Source of the DNA: Candidatus Omnitrophota bacterium
Lineage (GTDB): Bacteria > Omnitrophota > Omnitrophia > Omnitrophales > Aquincolibacteriaceae
DNA length: 64,000 nucleotides
Assembly: GCA_903856085.1 (NCBI GenBank)
Contig: CAIOAT010000013.1
Coordinates: forward strand, 103,430-167,429
Direction of reading: 5' to 3'
The position numbers and the translations under genes were made by a program. This document shows, piece after piece, positions 30,907-40,790 of this stretch. The notes below the pieces were generated by a model. It did not search any database. It saw only the letters and a program-made list of their open reading frames with translations, and was not told the DNA's origin. Every line of letters starts with the position of its first letter. Position 1 is the stretch's first letter.

Positions 30907-31907
30907 TATTTCACCGCCTTTTTGATCCGGTCGATCACACAGATCGACATCGGATCGACGTTGTAAAGTTTTGCAAGCTCACAACTCGTCCAGTCCCCGA
31001 GCATCACCATGGAAAAAATACGGGCCAGGGCGCCCTCGCCCCGCGCCTTGAATTCCGCAAATTCAGCGCCATGCTCCTGGATCGCGTTCATCGCGACCTT
31101 CTTTTTCTTGCGAAGCCACTGGGGCTCATTCCGATCCGTCAGAAAAACAGCAACCGAACGCTTGACCTTGAATTTCGGGAAAACCCAACCCTCGACCTCA
31201 TGATGGAACATCTCAGGCAACGCCTCGCACGACGCAAGTGTCTTTGCGTTCTCCGCGAACTGTGTACGCCACCGAAGCGCCACGGATTGCATCAAACCAC
31301 CCCCGTAAATCGCGATATTCTTGCCGAAAAGCCTCTTGGCGAGTTTGCGCGCTTCTCCTTCTGGAAAATGACGGACTCTTTTGAGCACTTCCAGAATCTC
31401 TTTTTCGGAGACCGAAAACCACCGGTAGCGCATAAAAAGAAAAAGAAGCGAAAAGGTCGTATACCCGATCGCAAAACGCGGCGGATACCCCTGCGGCAAA
31501 CGGAAAAGCGGGATCTTCCTCTTAAGGGCTTCCTCCGCAAGCCATCCCCCGGACGCCACAACAAGGAAATGTGCTTTTCTCGCGACCGCCTGCTCGAAGA
31601 TCGATTCGACTTCGTGGGTATTCCCGGAATAGCTGGAAAGGATCACGATCGTTTTGGAATCAACCCATTCGGGAAGACGCGAGGTCCGGTTTACCGTCCA
31701 ATGGATACGCGAACGACTCTGTGCGATGGTCCCGAGAATGTCCCCGCTGATAGCGGAACCCCCCATCCCGCAATAAAGGACCTTCTCCGGTCTTTTAATG
31801 AATGAGGCTGGAAGACTAATACCCTTGGCAATTGCACGCGCCTTCACAATCTGATGGGCCAAATCCTTGAGATAGGCTTCCATTATTCGTCGGCAAGCTC
31901 CTCGCAA
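30906..31907 (-). CDS. SIS-domain bifunctional phosphoglucose/phosphomannose isomerase family protein.
   Basis: VLYCGMGGSAISGDIL SIS motif and a second SIS-like half. 333 aa. Confidence 0.65.
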   Translation of the reverse strand: MRGACRRIMEAYLKDLAHQIVKARAIAKGISLPASFIKRPEKVLYCGMGGSAISGDILGTIAQSRSRIHWTVNRTSRLPEWVDSKTIVILSSYSGNTHEVESIFEQAVARKAHFLVVASGGWLAEEALKRKIPLFRLPQGYPPRFAIGYTTFSLLFLFMRYRWFSVSEKEILEVLKRVRHFPEGEARKLAKRLFGKNIAIYGGGLMQSVALRWRTQFAENAKTLASCEALPEMFHHEVEGWVFPKFKVKRSVAVFLTDRNEPQWLRKKKKVAMNAIQEHGAEFAEFKARGEGALARIFSMVMLGDWTSCELAKLYNVDPMSICVIDRIKKAVK

Positions 31908-33631
31908 ACGTCTTTGAGTCGCTCTTTCAGAAAAGCATAGGTCTCTTTGCCGGTGTGGAACGCGAGAGATTTTTGGGCAATCTCCTTGGCATCGGAATAA
32001 CGGATCGAACGGATCGCTTTCTTAATCTTAGGCAACATCACAGGACTGGCGCTGATCTCATCGATCCCGAGCCCCACCAAGAGAATCGCGATCGCCGGAT
32101 CCGAGGACATTTCTCCGCAACTTCCCACCCAAATATTGTGGCCGTGCCCGTTCCGGATCGTTAGATCGATCAGACGAATAATCGCGGGATGGGTCGGCTC
32201 ATAAAGATGCGCTATCTTCTCGTTCATGCGATCGATCGCGAGCACATACTGGATCAGATCATTCGTCCCGAGGGAAAAGAAATCCACTTCCTTCGCCAAA
32301 ACATCACTAGCCAGTGCGGCCGAAGGGATCTCGATCATGGCTCCGACATCAATGTTCTTATTAAAAGGGAGACCTTCTTTTTCAAGTTCAGCCTTTGCTT
32401 CATTTAAGATCTCACGTGCGGCACGAACCTCGTAAACGCCCGTAATCATCGGATACATGATCTTCAGGTTCCCATGCGCACTCGCCCGAAGAATCGCTCG
32501 AAGCTGAGTCTTAAAGATATCCGTGCGCGTCAGACAGAAACGGATGGCACGCCAGCCGAGATAGGGATTCATCTCGTGAGGGATTTCGAGCGTGGAAACG
32601 AACTTATCCCCACCGAGATCGAGGGTGCGGATCACCACCGCATGCGGATGCATCGTCTCCGCAACCTTGCGATAAGCTTCGTATTGTTCTTGTTCGGTCG
32701 GCAGCGTCGACCGGTTCATGTAAAAATATTCCGTGCGGAAAAGCCCGACACCGTCGCCGCCGTGAGAAATGACCGAGGATACCTCGTGGTGGAATTCGAT
32801 ATTAGCCGCAAGGGTGATGCGTTTTCCATCCAGCGTTTCAGCCGGAAGGTCGCGCAATTTATCGAGCTCTCCGGTAAGTTGGATGAACCGGTTCCCCTGA
32901 GAGTTAAATTTATCAATGGTCGCCTGATCGGGATTAATGACCACGACCCCATGCGTCCCGTCTACGATGATCGTATCCTCGTCCTGAAGCTCATTAATAA
33001 TCTTGTCGAGCCCCACGATGGCCGGGATCTCCAGTGAACGGCCCAGGATCGCCGTGTGCGACGTCGGCCCGCCAATTTCGGTCACAAACGCCATCACTTT
33101 TTTCCGGTCGAGCGAAGCCGTATCCGACGGCGAAAGATCGTGGGAGGCGATAATCACTTTCCCCTGAAATTCTTCCAGCCTCTTTTTCTCCTCGCCGCAG
33201 AGATTCGCGAGAAGACGCTTGCCCACATCGCGAATGTCCGAAATGCGTTCTTTAAGATACTCGTCGTTGATCTGGGAAAAGGCCTGAAAATAGCGTTGGA
33301 TCACAGCCGCAAAGGCGTATTCTGCCCCGACCTTTTCGTTTTTGATCACTTCGATCACATCTTCGATCAGAGTCCGGTCTTCGAGGATCAGAAGGTGCGC
33401 TGTGAAGATATCCGAGCTCTCCCGGCCGATCTGATCCGAAAGTTTCCGGCGGATACTGAGGATCTCGGTACGAGTGCGCGTAAGAGCCTCTTCAAAGCGA
33501 GCGATCTCATTGGAGATCTGCTCGGGACCTACGGACCGTTTGGGAAGATTGAAGGATCCGCCACTATGCAGGATAAACACCTTCCCGATCGCGATGCCGG
33601 GCGACGCCCCGATCCCTTTGTATTCTTTCAT
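31883..33631 (-). CDS. ptsI: Phosphoenolpyruvate-protein phosphotransferase (PTS Enzyme I).
   Basis: 582 aa. It has the active-site-His region GGPTSHTAILGRSLEIPAIVG and the PEP-utilising TIM-barrel motifs. Confidence 0.9.
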   Translation of the reverse strand: MKEYKGIGASPGIAIGKVFILHSGGSFNLPKRSVGPEQISNEIARFEEALTRTRTEILSIRRKLSDQIGRESSDIFTAHLLILEDRTLIEDVIEVIKNEKVGAEYAFAAVIQRYFQAFSQINDEYLKERISDIRDVGKRLLANLCGEEKKRLEEFQGKVIIASHDLSPSDTASLDRKKVMAFVTEIGGPTSHTAILGRSLEIPAIVGLDKIINELQDEDTIIVDGTHGVVVINPDQATIDKFNSQGNRFIQLTGELDKLRDLPAETLDGKRITLAANIEFHHEVSSVISHGGDGVGLFRTEYFYMNRSTLPTEQEQYEAYRKVAETMHPHAVVIRTLDLGGDKFVSTLEIPHEMNPYLGWRAIRFCLTRTDIFKTQLRAILRASAHGNLKIMYPMITGVYEVRAAREILNEAKAELEKEGLPFNKNIDVGAMIEIPSAALASDVLAKEVDFFSLGTNDLIQYVLAIDRMNEKIAHLYEPTHPAIIRLIDLTIRNGHGHNIWVGSCGEMSSDPAIAILLVGLGIDEISASPVMLPKIKKAIRSIRYSDAKEIAQKSLAFHTGKETYAFLKERLKDVCEELADE

Positions 33632-33635
33632 ATCA

Positions 33636-33932
33636 TTATTCTCCGAAATTAGATTCTATAAGCTTGGCCAACGATTCCATGGCCGCCGCGGCATCTTTAC
33701 CCGCCGTGCGCACCGTGATGGAAGAACCCACTTCCGCCGCGAGCGTCATAATCCCCATGATCGATTTTCCGTCGATCTTGAGATCTTCTTTTTGAACCTC
33801 GACTGATGCCTCAAAGCGGTTCGCGGTCTGAACAAAAACCGCGGCAGGCCGGGCGTGAAGCCCCAGTTTATTGCCGATCACGAAGGTCCGTTCGACCGGC
33901 GCTGGCTCATTTTTTTTCTGTCGTTTCGTCAT
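33636..33932 (-). CDS. ptsH: Phosphocarrier protein HPr.
   Basis: GLHARPAA active-site His motif. The true start may lie slightly downstream of the annotated ATG. Confidence 0.8.
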   Translation of the reverse strand: MTKRQKKNEPAPVERTFVIGNKLGLHARPAAVFVQTANRFEASVEVQKEDLKIDGKSIMGIMTLAAEVGSSITVRTAGKDAAAAMESLAKLIESNFGE

Positions 33933-34033
33933 GATTCTCCTTAAGCAAAAATAAAACGGTCACTAGGAATGCCGAAATTTTTTATTTCTTTTACGAAGGG
34001 GTCGCTTGACAGCCCCATGACAACTTCACCGAA

Positions 34034-35293
34034 TCATTCTTCCGTCCGTTCGGCATTTTCCTTGTAGTGCTCCAAAACAAGTTTCATCAAACGCTCCGAA
34101 TCATGGCGAACCTGCTCCCCCGCCTGAAGCACATCCCCCTGGATGATTTGGTAACCTTTTTCTTGGATCTTCTCAATATCTAACTTAACCGGCGTAGCGC
34201 CCTGCTTGGCATACCGTTGTAGCATCGCCTCTGGGATGGTCGCCGTGTTCACGAAACAAGCATCCACGATCCTCGGGTCCGTATGCTCCAGGATCACGTT
34301 CAAATGGTCCCACGCGCTCATCCCCGTGGTCTCACCGGGTTGCGTCATCACGTTCATGATGTAAACCTTATACGCATCGGACCGGAGCACTGCATCGCGA
34401 ATGTCTTTGATCAAAAGATTTGGCAGAATGCTGGTATAAAGACTTCCCGGACCCATGAGCACGAGGTCCGCGATCTCGATCGCGTCCAGGGCTTCCTGGC
34501 AAGCTTTACAATCATCCGGCCGGAGACGAATGCTGCGAAGCGGTTTTTTTAGATCTGTGATGTTCGTCTCGCCTTCGACCGATGTCCCATCCATAAATTC
34601 GCCTACCAACGTCACTTTTTCAAGCGTCGACGGGAGCACCCGTCCTCGGATGGCCAAAACTTTGCTGGATTCCGCAATCGCTTTTTCGAAATCGCCGGTC
34701 ACCTTCGAAAGGGCAGTAATAAAAAGATTCCCGAAGCTGTGTCCCTTCAGCCCTTCTCCGAGATCGAACCGGTATTGAAAAAGATCGCGTATGAGCGGCC
34801 CGGCATCGGCAAGGGCGACCAGACAGTTCCGGATATCGCCCGGCGGCAGCACATCCATTTCATCGCGCAAACGACCGGAACTTCCGCCCGTGTCCGTCAC
34901 CGTCACGATCGCGGTAATATTGCTCGTAAACGTTTTGATCCCTGAAAGCATGGTACTTAAACCGGTTCCACCGCCGATCGCCACAACACGCGGTCCATGC
35001 AACAAGGACTCCACCCGCCGCTTCTGGTAAACAATATCCACAAGCGAATCGTTCCCGTTCAAAGGCATCAGCGCCCGCACGAAGATCCGGACCATGTTTT
35101 TGATCGAGGTATAGATAAGAAAAATCCCGAGGATCAAAAGCGCCGTCGCAAACGAGGCCAGCATGACGCTCGTCTTGGACATGGTCTGCACAGTCAAAAG
35201 GGCCACCAACACAATAAATCCAAGACCCAACGCGCAGAGAAAGATCCACCGTTTGATCCCGATGCCAGGATACAACCACTTAAAGAATTTCAT
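34034..35293 (-). CDS. YvcK/CofD-like gluconeogenesis factor family protein with an N-terminal membrane anchor.
   Basis: VVAIGGGTGLSTMLSGIK motif (UPF0052). Two to three N-terminal TM helices. Confidence 0.7.
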   Translation of the reverse strand: MKFFKWLYPGIGIKRWIFLCALGLGFIVLVALLTVQTMSKTSVMLASFATALLILGIFLIYTSIKNMVRIFVRALMPLNGNDSLVDIVYQKRRVESLLHGPRVVAIGGGTGLSTMLSGIKTFTSNITAIVTVTDTGGSSGRLRDEMDVLPPGDIRNCLVALADAGPLIRDLFQYRFDLGEGLKGHSFGNLFITALSKVTGDFEKAIAESSKVLAIRGRVLPSTLEKVTLVGEFMDGTSVEGETNITDLKKPLRSIRLRPDDCKACQEALDAIEIADLVLMGPGSLYTSILPNLLIKDIRDAVLRSDAYKVYIMNVMTQPGETTGMSAWDHLNVILEHTDPRIVDACFVNTATIPEAMLQRYAKQGATPVKLDIEKIQEKGYQIIQGDVLQAGEQVRHDSERLMKLVLEHYKENAERTEE

Positions 35294-35320
35294 AGAAGGT
35301 TACCGCGGAGCCGGTCCGAA

Positions 35321-35785
35321 TCAGACCTTCCGATTTTCTTCTTTTGCGATCAGGTCAAAAATGTCTTTTGGCGTCTTGCACTTCCTGATAAGTTCGCAAA
35401 AATAAGTGTCCCTGAGAAGTCTTGAAATCTGTGCCAACGCCTTGAGATGCGGTCCGGCGGTGTCTTTGGGCGCGACAAGCAGGAACAGAATGTAGACCGG
35501 TTCCCCGTCCAACGCTTCAAAGTTCACGCCTTTGCGACTTACGCCGAGCACGGCCACGAGTCCGTCCACTTTATCGGTCTTTCCGTGCGGGATCGCGATC
35601 CCCTGCCCGATACCTGTCGAGCCAAGGTTCTCACGCTCGATCAGAGCGCGCAGGATGTTTTTTTTATCCCCCACGTCTTTGACCTCGGCCAAAAGATCGA
35701 CCATTTCCTTGAGAATGCCTTCTTTGTCGGTCGCGTCTAAATCGACCTTGATGCCTTTGACGTTGAGAAAATCGGTGATCTTCAT
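35321..35785 (-). CDS. ptsN: PTS EIIA type-2 (nitrogen-regulatory PtsN-like).
   Basis: GIGQGIAIPHGKTD active-site His motif. GGAGG lies 8 nt upstream of the ATG. Confidence 0.8.
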   Translation of the reverse strand: MKITDFLNVKGIKVDLDATDKEGILKEMVDLLAEVKDVGDKKNILRALIERENLGSTGIGQGIAIPHGKTDKVDGLVAVLGVSRKGVNFEALDGEPVYILFLLVAPKDTAGPHLKALAQISRLLRDTYFCELIRKCKTPKDIFDLIAKEENRKV

Positions 35786-35820
35786 GGATGTATTCCTCCG
35801 GATTTAAAAAGGTTTCGGAA

Positions 35821-36378
35821 CTAGAACCCGGGCTCGATGAGCCCGTGATTCCCGTCCTTGCGCTTATGGATCACATTCACACCCTGGGTATTCTGATTCA
35901 TGAAAACAAGAAAGGTCTCCGGAGAGATTTCCAGCTGAAGACTGGCCTCTTCCACCGACATCGGCTTGGACGCGAACGCCGAGGAACGAACGATCTTTGG
36001 ATGGTCCTCGGGCAGAATACTTTCCACGTCGAGCATTCCGAGAGCCCGAGCGATCTTCGCCGACGTCTTGGCACTTTTATTATGATGGCCCTTGGACTTC
36101 GAGCGGAATTTCTTCAGCTGTTTCTCGACGCGCTCATAGGCTTCATCCATCGCCGCAAAGATATTATCTTTGGCTTCGCCCATCCCGAAGGCATGGAAGT
36201 CCTTGGCCGCAAGCGTGATCTCCGCTTTAAAGATATAATTGTCTTTTTTAAGGAACACATGCGCCTCTACGATCCGAGGTGCGTATTTCTCGAATTTAGG
36301 GAGACGTTCCTCCAAATGCTCCTTCATCCCTTCCGTGATCTTAAGATTCTGTCCTGAAAAACGTATATCCACTGTCAT
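35821..36378 (-). CDS. hpf: Ribosome hibernation promoting factor (long HPF/RaiA form).
   Basis: N-terminal S30AE domain (MTVDIRFSGQNLKITEGMKEHLEERL...) plus a C-terminal dimerisation domain. 185 aa. Confidence 0.85.
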   Translation of the reverse strand: MTVDIRFSGQNLKITEGMKEHLEERLPKFEKYAPRIVEAHVFLKKDNYIFKAEITLAAKDFHAFGMGEAKDNIFAAMDEAYERVEKQLKKFRSKSKGHHNKSAKTSAKIARALGMLDVESILPEDHPKIVRSSAFASKPMSVEEASLQLEISPETFLVFMNQNTQGVNVIHKRKDGNHGLIEPGF

Positions 36379-36427
36379 TTCCTCCTTAAGGGTCTTTGAT
36401 GGATCGCTTCAAAACGCGGGTATCGGA

Positions 36428-37153
36428 TTACGCTAAAGTAAACCTCTCTCCAAGATAAATCTCTCTGGCCTTGGCATCGGAGGCAAGAAATTCCGAGGTC
36501 CCGGAGACCTCGACCTTGCCCTCGAAAAGAAGATAAGAACGGTCGGTGATGGAAAGCGTTTCGCGGACACTGTGGTCCGTCAATAAAATGCTGAGGCCCT
36601 GGGCCTTAAGCCGCTGAAGGATCTTCTGCACTTCAAAAACCGCGATGGGATCTACCCCGCTGAAGGGTTCATCCAAAAGAATGAGGGAGGGGTTTGTCAC
36701 GAGCGCACGCGTGATCTCAAGACGTCGTCGTTCGCCGCCGGAAAGCGTGTAGGCCTTGTTCTTCGCGAGATAGGCAATATCAAGATCGCTTAGAAGCCGC
36801 TTGAGACGACGATCGCGTTCTTCCTGAGGGATCTCCAACGTTTCCAAGATCGCCATGATATTCTCTTCTACGGTGAGCTTGCGGAAAATGGACGGTTCCT
36901 GAGAAAGATAACCGATCCCGAGCCGGGCTCTTTCAAACATCGGGAGGTTCGTGATGTCTTCACCGCGGAAAAGGATCTGCCCGGATTCCGGACGGATGAC
37001 CCCGACCACCATATAAAAAGACGTCGTCTTACCCGCGCCGTTCGGACCCAGAAGGCCCACGATCTCGCCACGCGAGATCTGGATACTCACACCCTTGACG
37101 ACCGTACGACCTTTGTAGCTTTTCGTCAGATGTTTCGTCTCAAGCAAATTCAT
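36428..37153 (-). CDS. lptB: LPS export ABC transporter ATP-binding protein LptB.
   Basis: Walker A GPNGAGKTT, LSGGERRR signature, 241 aa. It sits next to OstA-like and kds genes. Confidence 0.85.
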   Translation of the reverse strand: MNLLETKHLTKSYKGRTVVKGVSIQISRGEIVGLLGPNGAGKTTSFYMVVGVIRPESGQILFRGEDITNLPMFERARLGIGYLSQEPSIFRKLTVEENIMAILETLEIPQEERDRRLKRLLSDLDIAYLAKNKAYTLSGGERRRLEITRALVTNPSLILLDEPFSGVDPIAVFEVQKILQRLKAQGLSILLTDHSVRETLSITDRSYLLFEGKVEVSGTSEFLASDAKAREIYLGERFTLA

Positions 37154-37155
37154 GG

Positions 37156-38040
37156 TCAGAGCACTCCCTTCCCGAGAGTTTTATTAGCATCCCCACTAAA
37201 ATAAAGAGCCTCCGTATCTCCGCCCAGAATGATCCGCCCTTCATCCGCCAGATAGATCACGCTATCCGAGTAGGTCTTGTTTCCGTCAGGATTCTCGATT
37301 ACCACATCCCCCACAGACACGATTTTTGAAACACGACGGCTCACACGATTGTAGTAAACGTCCATTGTGTCGGCCGTAAGCTTCCCGCGAGAGTCCTGGG
37401 CCACGACGTTATCTCTAAAATGCGCAATGTTTTTTTCGTAGTCGACCACAAGGGTCCCGTCACAGGTGATGGTCGTGGGTCCGGTCTCTTTATCTTCCAT
37501 ATTCTGCACCACGACTGTTACGTTTTTTTGAAATTTCACTTTTTTCAGGTTCGTCTCTGCCCGGGCGCCGGTGCCTTCCACGTTAATATTGTCCTTCTTG
37601 ACCTGCGTCGGCAAATCGGTCTCCACAATGTGTTCCGAGGGGCTCATATCCAGAGCCTCGGTCACAAGCCTCGTCCCGTCATCGGTCGTAGCCACAACAT
37701 TTTTCTCAAGATGAATCTTGTTCTTTTTCTTGTCATATTTTCCGCGGTCCGCCGTTACGGTCACGGGAACTTCCTCGGCATACGCCTTAGCCATCACATT
37801 CATGAGCTGCACCGTATTGGAAAGAATATCCGCAGAATCCCCTTCGATCTCGATTTCGCGCTGCCCCTCGGGCGTATACTTGGTAAATGAAAAAGAGAAG
37901 ATCTTTTGCGGTTTCTGCGCAGAAGGCTGCTGAACCCCCTGCTCGGCCCTCTGCTTGCGGGTAATGACCACCTGCACCTGAACGAAGAACACATAGAACA
38001 CCACAAGCGCGACAAAGATAAAAACAAGACGTTTGATCAT
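37156..38040 (-). CDS. LptC/LptA (OstA-like) periplasmic LPS transport protein with an N-terminal anchor.
   Basis: N-terminal TM helix followed by a beta-jellyroll-like repeat region. It lies immediately upstream of lptB. Confidence 0.55.
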   Translation of the reverse strand: MIKRLVFIFVALVVFYVFFVQVQVVITRKQRAEQGVQQPSAQKPQKIFSFSFTKYTPEGQREIEIEGDSADILSNTVQLMNVMAKAYAEEVPVTVTADRGKYDKKKNKIHLEKNVVATTDDGTRLVTEALDMSPSEHIVETDLPTQVKKDNINVEGTGARAETNLKKVKFQKNVTVVVQNMEDKETGPTTITCDGTLVVDYEKNIAHFRDNVVAQDSRGKLTADTMDVYYNRVSRRVSKIVSVGDVVIENPDGNKTYSDSVIYLADEGRIILGGDTEALYFSGDANKTLGKGVL

Positions 38041-38070
38041 GAGCGTTTCACTGTTCCCTTAAGTTCCGAC

Positions 38071-38982
38071 TCAAACTCTCTCGTCGGGCTTCGTTTTCCA
38101 GCGATCATGCATCCATCCCCATTGGTCAGGGTAACGGCGAATCACTTCTTCAAAATCTTTCATCCAGGCTTCGGTGTATTTCCGGATCGAGGCGGTCCGG
38201 TCTCCCGCTTCGATCTGCGGCCTGATCAACTTCCCCAAAAGGAGCTTGTAGCGATTCCCAGGCATCCGGATCATAAAAGCCGGAAGGATCGGCGCCCCCG
38301 AAGCCATCGCGAATTTCACCGGCGCCACAGACGTATAAGCCGGTCGTCCAAAAAAATCCACAAAAATACTCCGCACTCTATCTCTGTCCTGGTCCGGCAA
38401 AATTCCGACAATGTCTCCGGCTCTCAACTGCTTATAGACCTGACGGACGGCTTCATCCTGATAGATGGTCCGAACATTGACGGCGCTTCGCAAACCCACG
38501 ATCCACCGATTATAGGGCTCATAATAGATTCTGCGGCCAATGACGGCACCTTTGAAACCCTGCAAACAAAAAGTTCCGGCCAAAAGTTCCCAGTTGCCCA
38601 GGTGCGCCGTCATTATAATGAGCCCTCTCCCTTCTTGCAAAATATCTTTGCAGAAAGAATAGGCATCGCCGACCTCCACGATCGAGGCCACCTGATCACT
38701 AGAAAGAGTAGCAAAACGCAGGAAATCCACCGCCGTCTGGAGCATGTGCCCCATCACCCGCCGACCGATTGTTTCCAACTCCGCGAGACTTTTCGTGTCG
38801 CCGTACGCCAGCTTCAGATTCTCAAGGATCTTCGTTCTTTGGCGCAAAACGAACCGGTATCCCCAATGCCCGACCTTGTTCGCGAACGCCAGGGCCCAAC
38901 TGCGCGGCAGGACTAACAGAAGCCCCGCCCCCAGTCTCGCTAAAAGATAAAGGGGATAACGATAGAACTTGCGCTTGGCCAT
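38071..38982 (-). CDS. Lipid A biosynthesis lauroyl/myristoyl acyltransferase (LpxL/HtrB family).
   Basis: LpxL-family conservation including GLIIMTAHLGNWELL and GILPDQD. Confidence 0.7.
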   Translation of the reverse strand: MAKRKFYRYPLYLLARLGAGLLLVLPRSWALAFANKVGHWGYRFVLRQRTKILENLKLAYGDTKSLAELETIGRRVMGHMLQTAVDFLRFATLSSDQVASIVEVGDAYSFCKDILQEGRGLIIMTAHLGNWELLAGTFCLQGFKGAVIGRRIYYEPYNRWIVGLRSAVNVRTIYQDEAVRQVYKQLRAGDIVGILPDQDRDRVRSIFVDFFGRPAYTSVAPVKFAMASGAPILPAFMIRMPGNRYKLLLGKLIRPQIEAGDRTASIRKYTEAWMKDFEEVIRRYPDQWGWMHDRWKTKPDERV

Positions 38983-38989
38983 AGGCGGA

Positions 38990-39961
38990 TCAAACCCGTC
39001 CCGCCCTCATAAGATCCTGAACGTCCAGGAGGCCTACGACGCGTCGGGATTTGTCCACCACCGGCAATTCATCGATGCGAAGAGACTCCATGATATGGAA
39101 TGCTTCTTCCGCAAGCTTTTCCTTCTGGATATAACGGGGTTTCAGCGTGGCTAATTGGGCCACAGGCCGACTCAAGATCTTTTCGCCCTTGGATTTAAGA
39201 TGACGACGGAGATCTCCGTCGGTAAAAACGCCCACAAGTTTTCCGCGAGCATCCACGATCGTACAGCTACCGGCCCGCGAGGCCGTGATCTTAAGAAGCG
39301 CCTGACGCACCGTGGTCTTCACTCCCACCAGCGGATTCGCTTTCCCCGTACGCATGATCTCCCCGACTTTAAGCAACCTCCTGCCAAGACTTCCCGCAGG
39401 ATGCAATTCCGCGAAATCTTCAGAGCGAAAACCTTTTTTCTTGAGAAGCGAAAGCGCGAGCGCGTCCCCCATCGCAAGCGAAGCGGTCGTTGAAGCAGAA
39501 GGCGCTAAGTTCAACGGACAGGCCTCGCGCCGCACGCCGAGATCAAGAACCTTATCGGCATTTTTTCCAAGAGAGGATCCCGGAACGCTCGTCAAAGCGA
39601 CAAGTTTCACGCCTTTTTTCTTCAAAAGAGGCAAAAGCCTCACGATCTCTTCGCTTTCCCCGCTTTGCGAGATCGCGATCACGAGGTCCTTGGAAGTCAC
39701 CATGCCAAAATCACCATGGACCGCTTCGGCCGGATGAAGAAAAAAAGTGGGCGTCCCCGTTGACGCCATGGTCGCAGCGATCTTGCGGGCGATAAAACCA
39801 GGTTTTCCCATCCCGGTAAGAATCACGCGTCCTTTACATTCCGCCATCCATTCAACCACCGTCTCGAAATCCTCACCGATCCTGGAACGGAGTCGGGAGA
39901 TTGCCAGAGCTTCGATCCTAAGAACTTCTTTGGCGAGCCGTATCACATTGGACGTTTTCAT
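38990..39961 (-). CDS. kdsD: Arabinose-5-phosphate isomerase (SIS plus tandem CBS).
   Basis: SIS motif VILTGMGKPGFIARKIAATMASTGTP followed by two CBS domains. Confidence 0.85.
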   Translation of the reverse strand: MKTSNVIRLAKEVLRIEALAISRLRSRIGEDFETVVEWMAECKGRVILTGMGKPGFIARKIAATMASTGTPTFFLHPAEAVHGDFGMVTSKDLVIAISQSGESEEIVRLLPLLKKKGVKLVALTSVPGSSLGKNADKVLDLGVRREACPLNLAPSASTTASLAMGDALALSLLKKKGFRSEDFAELHPAGSLGRRLLKVGEIMRTGKANPLVGVKTTVRQALLKITASRAGSCTIVDARGKLVGVFTDGDLRRHLKSKGEKILSRPVAQLATLKPRYIQKEKLAEEAFHIMESLRIDELPVVDKSRRVVGLLDVQDLMRAGRV

Positions 39962-39965
39962 CGTC

Positions 39966-40790
39966 TTAGTCTTCCGTCACGACGCATTTTTTTAATGCGA
40001 TCAATTTTTTGAGCAAGGGTTCCAATTGAGAAAGAGCGAGAGCATTCGGTCCGTCTGAAAGCGCCTTTTTAGGATCTTCATGGATCTCCATAAAAACGGC
40101 ATCCGCTCCGGCTACAACCGCACACCGCGAGAGCGTTGGAATGAATTCCGACATGCCGCCTGACGAAGTGCCCTTCCCTCCAGGAATCTGCACTGAATGT
40201 GTGGCGTCGTAGATCACAGGATACCCGAATCCGCGCATGATGGGAATCGCGCGAAAATCATTCACGAGGTTATTGTACCCAAAACTTGTACCACGTTCCG
40301 TGAGAAGAATCTTCTTGCATCCGACCTCTTCAAGTTTTTGAATCATGTTCTTGGCTTCCCACGGAGAAAGGAATTGTCCTTTTTTCACGTTCACGATCCT
40401 CCCCGTCGCCGCAGCCGCGAACAAAAGGTCGGTCTGGCGACAAAGGAACGCCGGGATCTGGAGAATATCCGCAACTTCGGCCACCGGCTCCGCTTGTTCG
40501 GGCGTGTGAAAATCCGTGAGAATGGGAAGTTTGAACTCTTTTTTGACGCGCGCAAGGATCGCGAGCCCCTTTTTAAGACCCGGACCGCGAAAGGAACGGA
40601 TCGAGGAGCGATTCGCCTTATCAAAGCTCGCTTTAAAAACATACGGGATCTTGAGCGCGCGGGTAATTTCCGAGATCTTTTTCGCAAGCCGCAGCGTGCC
40701 TTTTTCATCTTCAATCACACAGGGCCCGCCGATCAGGACGAGCTTTCGAGGATCTCCGAAGACGATGGATCTCAGAGCGACCTTATGCAT
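39966..40790 (-). CDS. kdsA: 2-dehydro-3-deoxyphosphooctonate aldolase (Kdo8P synthase).
   Basis: KdsA conservation ([32 protein letters not shown]). Confidence 0.85.
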   Translation of the reverse strand: MHKVALRSIVFGDPRKLVLIGGPCVIEDEKGTLRLAKKISEITRALKIPYVFKASFDKANRSSIRSFRGPGLKKGLAILARVKKEFKLPILTDFHTPEQAEPVAEVADILQIPAFLCRQTDLLFAAAATGRIVNVKKGQFLSPWEAKNMIQKLEEVGCKKILLTERGTSFGYNNLVNDFRAIPIMRGFGYPVIYDATHSVQIPGGKGTSSGGMSEFIPTLSRCAVVAGADAVFMEIHEDPKKALSDGPNALALSQLEPLLKKLIALKKCVVTED